From assembly GCA_043750125.1 (NCBI GenBank), contig JAYVCD010000094.1, forward strand, positions 1 through 26,291: DNA of 26,291 nucleotides, read 5' to 3'. Of the stretch, positions 1-7,611 are shown one piece after another. This stretch comes from Archangiaceae bacterium (lineage in GTDB: Bacteria > Myxococcota > Myxococcia > Myxococcales > Myxococcaceae). The notes beneath the pieces are model-generated. The model had not been told where the DNA came from. It made no database searches and saw only the letters and a program-made list of their open reading frames with translations. The position numbers and the translations under genes were made by a program. Numbering within the stretch: position 1 is the stretch's first letter; each line of letters opens with the position of its first letter.

Positions 1-29
1 GCGCTCAGCGATCGTTGGGATCGCGCAAT

Positions 30-233
30 TCAACTCACGCTCGAGCCACTTCGCCACGATGTCCGAGTCGCTGCTTGATCAGGATGAGAGCCCGACCCAA
101 GCAGCGTGTCGAGCTGCGCTTGTCTTGGATTGCGTGCGATTCGATTCCACTGCGCCACGCGCAGCCTGGACGCGGCCCACAGCGCGGGGCCGGTCAGCGC
201 ACTGCCCCACGGCCGGCGCAAGATCACGGTCAC
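30..233 (-). pseudogene. Short (67 aa) translationally coupled ORF, possibly the truncated N-terminus of a GH3-family acyl-amido synthetase
   Basis: The GTG start overlaps the cupin stop (GTGA at 230-233). The product MTVILRRPWGSALTGPALWAASRLRVAQWNRIARNPRQAQLDTLL recalls the N-terminal 'P..AQ..TL..L' helix of bacterial GH3 proteins (from memory). The frame then drifts into unrecognisable sequence and stops at 30. Confidence 0.3.
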
Positions 234-919
234 CCGACCCACTGCGCGGGGCGGCACGGCTCCAAAAGCCGCGTTCGGATTTGGCTCAGAAGCTGTCGGT
301 AGCGGGCAGGGTCGAGGCGCTCGACCGGAACCTGGGTGAACTGCTGCGCGCTGCGCGGCTCGCGGGTCAGCACTGTCGTCGACTGTTGCAAATCCCTTCC
401 CTGGATCACGAGTGAAACGGTGGGCTCGGCCGAGTGGGTCCAGACGCGGTGGGCGGTGCCCACGCCAAGGGAATAGCCGGCATCCGGCAGGACATGGCCG
501 CGACGCACGCACGCGACATCACACGTCCCGAGCCCTTCGAGCCCGAAGTGGGCTGCTCCTGCGGTGGGTCGATACCGGTAGCAATGCCAACCCTCGCCCG
601 GCCTGATCACGTACTCCTCGAAGCGGTAACCGCCCCGCAGCACTCTCGAACCGAAGTTCCACCGGTGATCGTGGATGTCGCTTTCCCGACCTCCTTGCGG
701 CCAGGCGTGCAATCGAACCTTGTACGCGCCGGGTTTCTCCATCAGCACGAGCTTGGAAAAACCGAACGTGTGCTCGTACGAGCGGCTGGCCAGATGCACC
801 AGCTGAGCCTCGAATTGGGGAGCCAGGATCGCGTCGATCAACGACACCACGGCATCGTCAACGAACAACCCGAGAATGGAAGTGACGCTTTCGAGCGAGT
901 CATCCTTCTTCATTCGCAT
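230..919 (-). CDS. Cupin-fold metalloprotein, cysteine dioxygenase-like (3-His)
   Basis: Motifs RLHAW..SDIHDHRW..VLRG and later TAHRV..SAEPTVSL mirror the CDO pattern IHDH...HRV...EPAVSL. Start placed at ATG 919 (alternative 913), after GGGAAG and 22 bp downstream of the decarboxylase stop. Confidence 0.75.
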   Translation of the reverse strand: MRMKKDDSLESVTSILGLFVDDAVVSLIDAILAPQFEAQLVHLASRSYEHTFGFSKLVLMEKPGAYKVRLHAWPQGGRESDIHDHRWNFGSRVLRGGYRFEEYVIRPGEGWHCYRYRPTAGAAHFGLEGLGTCDVACVRRGHVLPDAGYSLGVGTAHRVWTHSAEPTVSLVIQGRDLQQSTTVLTREPRSAQQFTQVPVERLDPARYRQLLSQIRTRLLEPCRPAQWVG

Positions 920-941
920 CGCAACTTCCCGCTCGAGAGAC

Positions 942-2303
942 TCACCCAAGACTGACCTCGGAACGGGCGCGATCCAGCGCATCGAGGACCACCTCGAGAT
1001 CTGCCTCCGAGGTGGCGGCGCTTGCGATGCACGCGCGAAGTGCCGGCCTCCCGGAGACCTGCGTCGAGGCGAGCCAGGCCCAGCCGCCATCGGCCACGTG
1101 CCGGGCGAGGGCGGCGTGATGGGGCGCCGAGGGTCGGCGGCTGTCGGCGAAGCAGACGATCGCCAGCGGGCTCTCGAAGAGGATCTCCCAGTTGCGCTGT
1201 TGAAGCTGGGCCGCGAGCCAATGGCCGAGTCTCACCTGCTCTTCGACCCGCCGCGCGAAGCTGCCCCACCCTTCTTCCAGCAGCGGAAGCAGCAGCCGCA
1301 GGCCGGTGAAGCGACGAGACCACGACAGCGAGGCACAGTACGGATCGGCGGGCACGTCGGCGGGAAGCACGTATGCCGCGTGCGGTGCAAAGATGCGCAA
1401 CTGCGCCGGGTCGCGAACCAACAGCAGCCCCGTGCCCAGCGGCATCGAGAGTCCCTTGTGGGGATCGAAGGTGATCGAATCTGCCCGCTCGATGCCCCGC
1501 AACAGCGGCCGCAAGCTGGGCGAAAGTGCTGCGGCGCCGCCCCACGCAGCGTCAACGTGGAGCCAGAGATCATTTGCCTCGCAGACCGCAGCCAGGTGCG
1601 CGAGCGGGTCGATTGCACCGACGTTGGTGGTGCCCGCTGTCGCTGCCACCATCAGGGGAAGTCGCCCGCTTTGGCGATCGGCGTCGATCTGCCGCTGCAG
1701 CGCTTCAGGATCCATCTGAAATCGCGCGGCGCAGGGAACCAGCTGCAAGGCCTCGCGCCCGAGCCCGGTGGCAACCGCAATCTTCTCCAGACTGCGGTGC
1801 GACTCGACCGACGCGTAGATCGTCGGCCGGGTGGTTTGAAGACCGCGTTCCTCGAAGCCCGGCGTCCGTTTCGCGAGCGCGAGGATCACGGCGGTCGTGC
1901 TGGCCTCCGATCCTCCACTGGTGAAGACCCCACCCGCGTCGGGCCCCAGGCCGAAGAAGGCGGCCAGGTCGCGCACGAGCCGCTCCTCGACCGCGACCGG
2001 TCCCGGACTGGCGGAGCGAACCGCGAGCTGGGGGTTGACCCATGAGACGAGCAGATCTGCCGCGGCCGCGGCTTCCAGCGGCGCAGCTGTGAACCACCCC
2101 AGACACCGCGGGTGAGAGCCGCGAAGGCCGTCGTCGAGGAGGCGGCCGCAGATCTCGAGCGCCTCAGTGCGTGAGCGGCGCTGGTCGAGCGGGATCTTGC
2201 TGACCAGCTCTTCGAGCCCACGCCCGTTCGACTGAACCGGTGTCTGCGCGTTTGTCGTGAGCCGTTCGATCACCGGTTTCAGCGCGTCGAGCCAACCGAT
2301 CAT
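942..2303 (-). CDS. Group II pyridoxal-phosphate-dependent amino acid decarboxylase (GAD/CSAD/AADC/Ddc family)
   Basis: Motifs GVFTSGGSEA, SHRSLEK, ATAGTTNVGAIDPL, WLHVDAAWGG and ADSITFDPHK (PLP lysine). The ATG at 2303 forms an ATGA overlap with the upstream stop. Confidence 0.93.
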   Translation of the reverse strand: MIGWLDALKPVIERLTTNAQTPVQSNGRGLEELVSKIPLDQRRSRTEALEICGRLLDDGLRGSHPRCLGWFTAAPLEAAAAADLLVSWVNPQLAVRSASPGPVAVEERLVRDLAAFFGLGPDAGGVFTSGGSEASTTAVILALAKRTPGFEERGLQTTRPTIYASVESHRSLEKIAVATGLGREALQLVPCAARFQMDPEALQRQIDADRQSGRLPLMVAATAGTTNVGAIDPLAHLAAVCEANDLWLHVDAAWGGAAALSPSLRPLLRGIERADSITFDPHKGLSMPLGTGLLLVRDPAQLRIFAPHAAYVLPADVPADPYCASLSWSRRFTGLRLLLPLLEEGWGSFARRVEEQVRLGHWLAAQLQQRNWEILFESPLAIVCFADSRRPSAPHHAALARHVADGGWAWLASTQVSGRPALRACIASAATSEADLEVVLDALDRARSEVSLG

Positions 2304-2797
2304 GAGAAGACCTCCCGGACCAGGTCCGACACTCCGGTCTGCTCCGCACGCCACGCCAGGTAGTCGCGATCGAGCCGCCCTTCCCAGTGGCGGAGCAGGG
2401 CCACGGCGTCATCGAGATCGCACTTGCCCGGCTCGTCGCGCCGCAAGGTGAGCTTGAGGGTCAGCTGGTCCTCGGCGGAGAGGACCCAGCCGAACGTCGG
2501 GTGGGCCAGCCGGCGCGTCGACAAGGCGTGGTCGAAGCACAAGGTGTGGACCCGGTCGCCAGAGCGAAGAATGAGCGGTGCCGCCCAGACCTCTACGTCT
2601 CCAAGCCGAAGCCCGTTGGGTGGCACTCGATCGGCGTGCGGGAACAGCGCCATGACCTCGTGAATCGATGTGCAGCGAACGACAATGTCGATGTCTCGCG
2701 GCGGCCGCGACCATCCGTACACCGCGCCTGCCGCGCTTCCGAAGACCGCGTGTTCGAGACCCCCGCGGGTGAGGACCTTCAAGACGTGCTCACACAT
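2300..2797 (-). CDS. Small Pol-beta-superfamily nucleotidyltransferase-like protein
   Basis: hhGS..A..YG..R..RDID (G[GS]...DxD) motif plus a C-terminal L.AED...LK....R....K.D..D helix motif. It overlaps both neighbours. Confidence 0.7.
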   Translation of the reverse strand: MCEHVLKVLTRGGLEHAVFGSAAGAVYGWSRPPRDIDIVVRCTSIHEVMALFPHADRVPPNGLRLGDVEVWAAPLILRSGDRVHTLCFDHALSTRRLAHPTFGWVLSAEDQLTLKLTLRRDEPGKCDLDDAVALLRHWEGRLDRDYLAWRAEQTGVSDLVREVFS

Positions 2798-3875
2798 AGG
2801 TGTCGAGCACGCACGAGGGACGCTCCGCGCGATAGCGGCGCAGGAAGTCGCCCAGAAAACCGACGTGAGAGCCCAGCCAGGGAAAGACGCCGAGCTGCCG
2901 GCCTCGGTGTTCTGCCGGAAAGAAGAAACGGATCAGCACCGCATCGTCTTCAGCGGGCAGCATCTCCAGCCGTTCGATCAGCGCGTCGTAGGCCTGGCCC
3001 GTGGATCCCTCGAGCAGGCCGCGCGGGTTGGGGCGACCGACGATCCGATCGTCTTCGATGATGTATCGCTGAAGTAGGAACTCCTCGAGATTCGAAAGAT
3101 AGACAGCCGTGAGCTTGAGGCCGGCGGCTTCGACGATGCGCCGAACAGAAGCAATGCCGCCCGGGCTCGCGACGTTTCCCAGCAACGGAATGATCTTGTT
3201 CTGGGCGTGCATCGCCTTCACATATCCAAATCGATCTGGATGGGTGAGGTAGTGGAAGTTGAAGCCTTCGGGGGTTGTGGCGGTGATGACCTCTTCGAAG
3301 TCGGGAATCTTGTCTAGATTGGCCAGACATTTTTCAGAGACGCTCGTCACCTGAAGCTGCCGGCGAACGAGCTCGCGAAGCAGCCGCTCCACGCGCTTCA
3401 GCAAGACCTCGTCAGCTGTCCAGCGGGCCCTGAAGGTGGCCAGAACGTGGGCCAGGAAGGTGGCCGCCTGCACCTCATCCATTGACTGGTCCTTCAGCTG
3501 CGCCACCACGCTGCCGATCTTCGCGAGGCCGGCGACGGGTCGGCGTCGGCCGAGGACCAGACAAAGATAGTCGAGGGGGTTGCCCGCTTCGGCAAAAGCC
3601 AGCTTGAAAATGAGGTGCTCGAGAAGGTTATCCAGCCGCGCATCCAGGATGACTGCGAGCTGCGGCCGCAGCGCCCCGATGTATGTGTAATTCTGGTCTG
3701 GCCCCACGCCCAGATAGGCGCCCCGGGGCGAGGGGCTCGCGGGCATGCATCGAGAGAGCACTTCGTTGTAGCCGACCTCGCTGCTGACGAAGCAGTCGAG
3801 CCCGTAGTCCGTCGACGGAGGAGCAAGAGTCAGTTGTTCGCGAATCAACGCATCGAAAATGGGTGTCATTGGCAT
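2790..3875 (-). CDS. Conserved hypothetical protein, putative class I SAM-dependent transferase (BtaA/DUF3419-like pattern)
   Basis: Gly-rich GAYLGVGPDQNYTY is followed by a strand ending in Asp (AVILD), then LLEHLIFK and later YL....F..V...VYLSNLEEFL, the order expected for a Rossmann methyltransferase fold. The start is uncertain (ATG 3875 or 3869; the frame is open to 4010). The stop overlaps the next start by 8 bp. Confidence 0.6.
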   Translation of the reverse strand: MPMTPIFDALIREQLTLAPPSTDYGLDCFVSSEVGYNEVLSRCMPASPSPRGAYLGVGPDQNYTYIGALRPQLAVILDARLDNLLEHLIFKLAFAEAGNPLDYLCLVLGRRRPVAGLAKIGSVVAQLKDQSMDEVQAATFLAHVLATFRARWTADEVLLKRVERLLRELVRRQLQVTSVSEKCLANLDKIPDFEEVITATTPEGFNFHYLTHPDRFGYVKAMHAQNKIIPLLGNVASPGGIASVRRIVEAAGLKLTAVYLSNLEEFLLQRYIIEDDRIVGRPNPRGLLEGSTGQAYDALIERLEMLPAEDDAVLIRFFFPAEHRGRQLGVFPWLGSHVGFLGDFLRRYRAERPSCVLDTYV

Positions 3876-4289
3876 CGCGTTGAGCAATGGCCGGACCAAT
3901 TTTCGGCCGTGGATCTCCGCAAAACGTCTGGTCTGTGGACGCAGGCTGCGCAAGGCGCTGCTCAGCGCGCGACATCCCCAGCCTGATTGGACTCGAAATA
4001 GAGGCCCCACCCTACGCGTGCTGCTGCGACGGGCATGAGGCGCTCAAGCCTCGAGCGTCAATGAAGGGGGGTGGGAAAACGGTCGCCAGTTCAGCTGAGG
4101 CTCGCCATCGTGAATCGCGTTGCCAGAAACTCGGCATTGATGGCCAGCCGGCTGGCACTGCGATGCCGAACCGTCCGGACGGATCTGCGGGACCCTGCCT
4201 TTCGGGCCACCCGCATTTCCGGATGAATCGGGGCCCGACGTTTCACTTCGAAAGATCTTCAATTGGGTTGACCCGTTGGAGGCGCCCAA

Positions 4290-5720
4290 ATGAACCGCAC
4301 CACTACCTTCCTCGTGATCGCCGCCGCCCTCGGGCTGATGGCATTGGTCGTAAAACTTCCTGGCCCGTCGTCGGCAGTCGCCGCCCCCGCCCGACCCGAA
4401 CTCCCGGTGCAGACCGCCCGCCTGGTGGAAGCGCCGAAGGGCACTCCCGGTTCATTGACGCTCGCCGGCAAGCTGTCTCACCCCTACGTCACTCCGGGAA
4501 CTTCAGACATCTACCTCAGCCTGGAGGTCAGCGGAGTCGATGTCCCCGGAGCCCGCCGCGCCCCCGTCAACCTGTCGGTGGTGCTCGATCGCTCAGGCTC
4601 GATGGCTGGCGAGAAGATCGCCCACGCCCGCAAGGCCGCACTCGCGTTGGTGGATCAGCTCGACGAGCACGACCGGCTGGCGGTCATCCACTACGGCAGC
4701 GACGTGGTGGTCTTTCCCGGCGCGTTCGTGACCGACGAGAACAAGCGGCGCTTGAAAGCCTTCATCGCGCGGATTCAAGACGAGGGCGGAACGAACATCG
4801 GAGAAGGCCTCACCGCCGGAAAGGCCCAGCTCGACCTCGGACGCTCGGACTTCAAGGTGAATCGGTTGATCCTGCTTTCCGATGGTCAGCCCACGGTGGG
4901 GGTCACCTCGGTGGCCGGCCTCACCCGTCTGGCCCAGCGGTACCACTCGGACGGAACCACGCTCACCAGCATCGGCATCGGCCTCGACTTCAACGAGGAC
5001 CTGATGCAGCGGCTGGCCGAAGTCGGCGGGGGCAGCTACGCGTACCTTCAGGACTCGAACGCGATCGCCAGCATCTTCGAGCGAGATCTGAAACAAGCGG
5101 GCACGGCGGTCGCCCGCGACGTGACCCTGGGGCTGACCCTGCCCGCGGGAGTGCGATTTGGCGAGGTCCTCGGCCGTTCCGCGTCAGTCAACGGCACCGC
5201 GGTGCTCATTCCCTTGCCGGACTTCTCGGCCCGTCAGATCGAACGCCTGGTGGTCAGGGTCAGCGTTCTGGCCGGTGGGACTTCAAACGAGGCGATCGAC
5301 GTAGCCGACCTGAAGCTCAACTACCGCGATGTGCTCGCGGACCAGCCGGCCGACGCAAACCTGAAGCTTGCTGCAATGGTGACGGTGAATGCGACGTTGG
5401 CTTCCGCGCGCCGCGACAAGGACGCGGTGGTCGCGGCGACCCGGGCTCTGTCGGCGGTGAACTACAAGAACGCAGCAGGCTGGCTCGAACGGGGAGACGG
5501 GCGCCGGGCGAGCGCCGAGCTGAAGAAGAACGAGCGGCTCTTCGATGACGTGGGGGACCTCGCGGGCAAGGAGCTCGAGACCGATCGCGCCCAGAACCAG
5601 CAATTTTTCGGGATTACAAGTTCGCCTGCCGCCGCGCAGCCCGAAGGCCAATCGGCCGGCAGCAAGGCGATGAAAGTTCAATCGTTCAAGAGCAGTGGTT
5701 ACGGCGATTCGGTGTACTGA
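4290..5720 (+). CDS. von Willebrand factor A domain protein (YfbK-like) with N-terminal signal/anchor
   Basis: MIDAS motif VLDRSGSM, GGTNI, ILLSDG and IGIGLDFNEDLM; hydrophobic N-terminus; GGAGG Shine-Dalgarno upstream of the ATG. Confidence 0.9.
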   Translation: MNRTTTFLVIAAALGLMALVVKLPGPSSAVAAPARPELPVQTARLVEAPKGTPGSLTLAGKLSHPYVTPGTSDIYLSLEVSGVDVPGARRAPVNLSVVLDRSGSMAGEKIAHARKAALALVDQLDEHDRLAVIHYGSDVVVFPGAFVTDENKRRLKAFIARIQDEGGTNIGEGLTAGKAQLDLGRSDFKVNRLILLSDGQPTVGVTSVAGLTRLAQRYHSDGTTLTSIGIGLDFNEDLMQRLAEVGGGSYAYLQDSNAIASIFERDLKQAGTAVARDVTLGLTLPAGVRFGEVLGRSASVNGTAVLIPLPDFSARQIERLVVRVSVLAGGTSNEAIDVADLKLNYRDVLADQPADANLKLAAMVTVNATLASARRDKDAVVAATRALSAVNYKNAAGWLERGDGRRASAELKKNERLFDDVGDLAGKELETDRAQNQQFFGITSSPAAAQPEGQSAGSKAMKVQSFKSSGYGDSVY

Positions 5721-5754
5721 CCGCTGTAAGGGTGCGTAAAAAATGCGCATGCGG

Positions 5755-5770
5755 TGGCGCTTGACCCGCT
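5755..5770 (+). promoter_or_regulatory. Weak sigma54-like -24/-12 element upstream of pckG
   Basis: TGGCGC-TTGAC-CCGCT has the correct GG-N10-GC spacing but a poor -12 match. It also contains TTGACC, which could instead be a sigma70 -35. Confidence 0.25.
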
Positions 5771-5798
5771 TCACGGTTTTGGCCAAGTAACTCCACCT

Positions 5799-7562
5799 AT
5801 GGCAAACCAGACGCTCACTTCGAATACCCACCTGCAGGGCTGGGTGTCCCAGATGTCGAAGATGTGTCAGCCGGACAACGTCGTCTGGCTCGATGGCAGC
5901 GAGGAAGAAAAGAAGAACCTCACTGAGCTCGCCGTCTCGAAAGGGATTTTGATCCCGCTCAACGCCCAGAAGCACCCCAACAGCTATCTGCACCGCTCGA
6001 ATCCGAATGACGTGGCGCGGATGGAACACCTGACGTTCATCTGCTCGAAGACCAAGGACACGGCCGGGCCGACCAACAACTGGATGGCGCCGGACGAAGC
6101 CTACGCGAAGCTGACCGGACTGTTCACGGGCTCGATGAAGGGTCGCACGATGTACGTCGTGGCCTACGTGATGGGCCCACTGGGCAGCGAGCACAGCAAG
6201 GTCGGCATCGAGCTGACCGACTCGGTCTACGTGGCGCTCAACATGCGGATCATGACCCGCATGGGGAAGCAGGCGCTCGACACGCTCGGCGACAAGAACG
6301 ACTTCAACCGCGGTCTGCACTGCACCGGCGACTTGAATCCCGAGCGCCGCTTCATCTGCCACTTCCCCGAAGACAACACCATCTGGAGCTTCGGCTCGGG
6401 CTACGGCGGCAACGCCCTGCTCGGAAAGAAGTGCCTGGCGCTGCGCATCGGCAGCTACCTGGGTCAGAAAGAAGGCTGGCTCGCCGAGCACATGCTGATC
6501 CTCGGAGTCGAGAACCCCGAAGGACAGAAGACCTACGTCGCAGCCGCTTTCCCCAGCGCGTGCGGGAAGACGAACTTCGCGATGATGATTCCCCCGAAGC
6601 GGTTCAACGGGTGGAAGGTCTACACCGTCGGCGACGACATCGCCTGGCTGCGGGTCGGGGCCGACGGGCGGTTGTGGGCCGTGAATCCCGAGAACGGGTA
6701 CTTCGGCGTCGCTCCGGGAACGAACTGGGCGAGCAACCCCAACGCGATGAAGTGCATCGCGAAGGACACCATCTTCACCAACGTCGCCGTGACCAAGAAT
6801 GGCGAAGTCTGGTGGGAAGGAATGGACGGGGAAGTCCCCGAAGAGCTGATCGATTGGAAGGGGCTGCCCTGGAAGCGCGGCAGCGCGGAAAAAGCGGCGC
6901 ACCCGAACAGCCGCTTCACCGCGCCGGCGAGCAACAACCCGATGCTGTCGAGCCACGTCAATGATCCGCAGGGCGTCCCCATCGCCGCGCTGATCTTCGG
7001 TGGCCGGCGCAGCACGACCATTCCCCTGGTGATGCAGTCCTTCAACTGGCGGCACGGGGTGTACCTCGCAGCGACGCTCGCTTCGGAGACCACCGCCGCC
7101 GCGACGGGCAAGACTGGCGTCGTGCGCCGCGACCCGATGGCGATGCTGCCCTTCTGTGGCTACAACATGGGCGACTACTTCCAGCATTGGCTTCAGATGC
7201 AGAAGCGAATGCAGTTTCCGCCGAAGGTGTTCTGCGTGAACTGGTTCCGCAAGAGCGCCGAAGGCAAGTTCCTCTGGCCCGGCTACGGCGACAACATGCG
7301 GGTGCTGAAGTGGATCGTCGATCGCGCCCACGGCACAGTCGGAGCGCACGAGTCGTTGTTCGGCTGGGTGCCGAAGGCAGGACACATCGATTTGTCCGGG
7401 CTCGACATTCCGCAAGAGCAGGTCGACGCGGCGCTGGCGATCAACGAAAGCGAGTGGCGCACCGAGCTCGAATCCCAGGCCGAGTTCTTCGCTCAGTTCG
7501 GCGACCGGCTTCCCAAAGCGCTCGAGCTGAACCGCCAGCTGTTGCTCTCACGCCTCGACTGA
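5799..7562 (+). CDS. pckG: Phosphoenolpyruvate carboxykinase (GTP)
   Basis: [69 protein letters not shown] and VNWFRK are all present. Strong GC3 bias. Start placed at ATG 5799. Confidence 0.98.
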   Translation: MANQTLTSNTHLQGWVSQMSKMCQPDNVVWLDGSEEEKKNLTELAVSKGILIPLNAQKHPNSYLHRSNPNDVARMEHLTFICSKTKDTAGPTNNWMAPDEAYAKLTGLFTGSMKGRTMYVVAYVMGPLGSEHSKVGIELTDSVYVALNMRIMTRMGKQALDTLGDKNDFNRGLHCTGDLNPERRFICHFPEDNTIWSFGSGYGGNALLGKKCLALRIGSYLGQKEGWLAEHMLILGVENPEGQKTYVAAAFPSACGKTNFAMMIPPKRFNGWKVYTVGDDIAWLRVGADGRLWAVNPENGYFGVAPGTNWASNPNAMKCIAKDTIFTNVAVTKNGEVWWEGMDGEVPEELIDWKGLPWKRGSAEKAAHPNSRFTAPASNNPMLSSHVNDPQGVPIAALIFGGRRSTTIPLVMQSFNWRHGVYLAATLASETTAAATGKTGVVRRDPMAMLPFCGYNMGDYFQHWLQMQKRMQFPPKVFCVNWFRKSAEGKFLWPGYGDNMRVLKWIVDRAHGTVGAHESLFGWVPKAGHIDLSGLDIPQEQVDAALAINESEWRTELESQAEFFAQFGDRLPKALELNRQLLLSRLD

Positions 7563-7611
7563 AAGGATCCGATTCGCCCTGAGGAGACCGGGCGGGGTAG
7601 TTTGCCGCTTC

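Noticed and set aside
2300-2797. Type IV toxin-antitoxin (AbiE-like) or MNT-HEPN defence module
   Set aside because: No adjacent antitoxin, HTH or HEPN gene is present, and both neighbours are metabolic-type enzymes.
3876-4010. N-terminal extension of the 406-aa ORF, and similar extensions of the cupin, gnd, pgl, TPR-A and Cys-rich ORFs in the ORF track
   Set aside because: The extensions overlap neighbouring genes or look non-coding. Downstream starts fit the overlaps, Shine-Dalgarno sites or signal peptides better.
4153-4167. TGGCACTGCGATGCC as a sigma54 promoter for the vWA gene
   Set aside because: The GG-to-GC spacing is 9 nt rather than the strictly required 10.
3887-5548. 553-aa plus-strand ORF overlapping the vWA gene
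   Set aside because: This is an Arg/Pro-rich off-frame translation. The vWA frame has the motifs, the Shine-Dalgarno and the codon bias.
5283-7415. 710-aa minus-strand ORF opposite pckG (likewise 9963-11363 +, 11360-12424 +, 14824-16905 -, 20331-21458 +, 24461-26212 +)
   Set aside because: These are antisense shadows of strongly GC3-biased genes. They show no motifs and have the typical V/G/D/H/R-rich composition.
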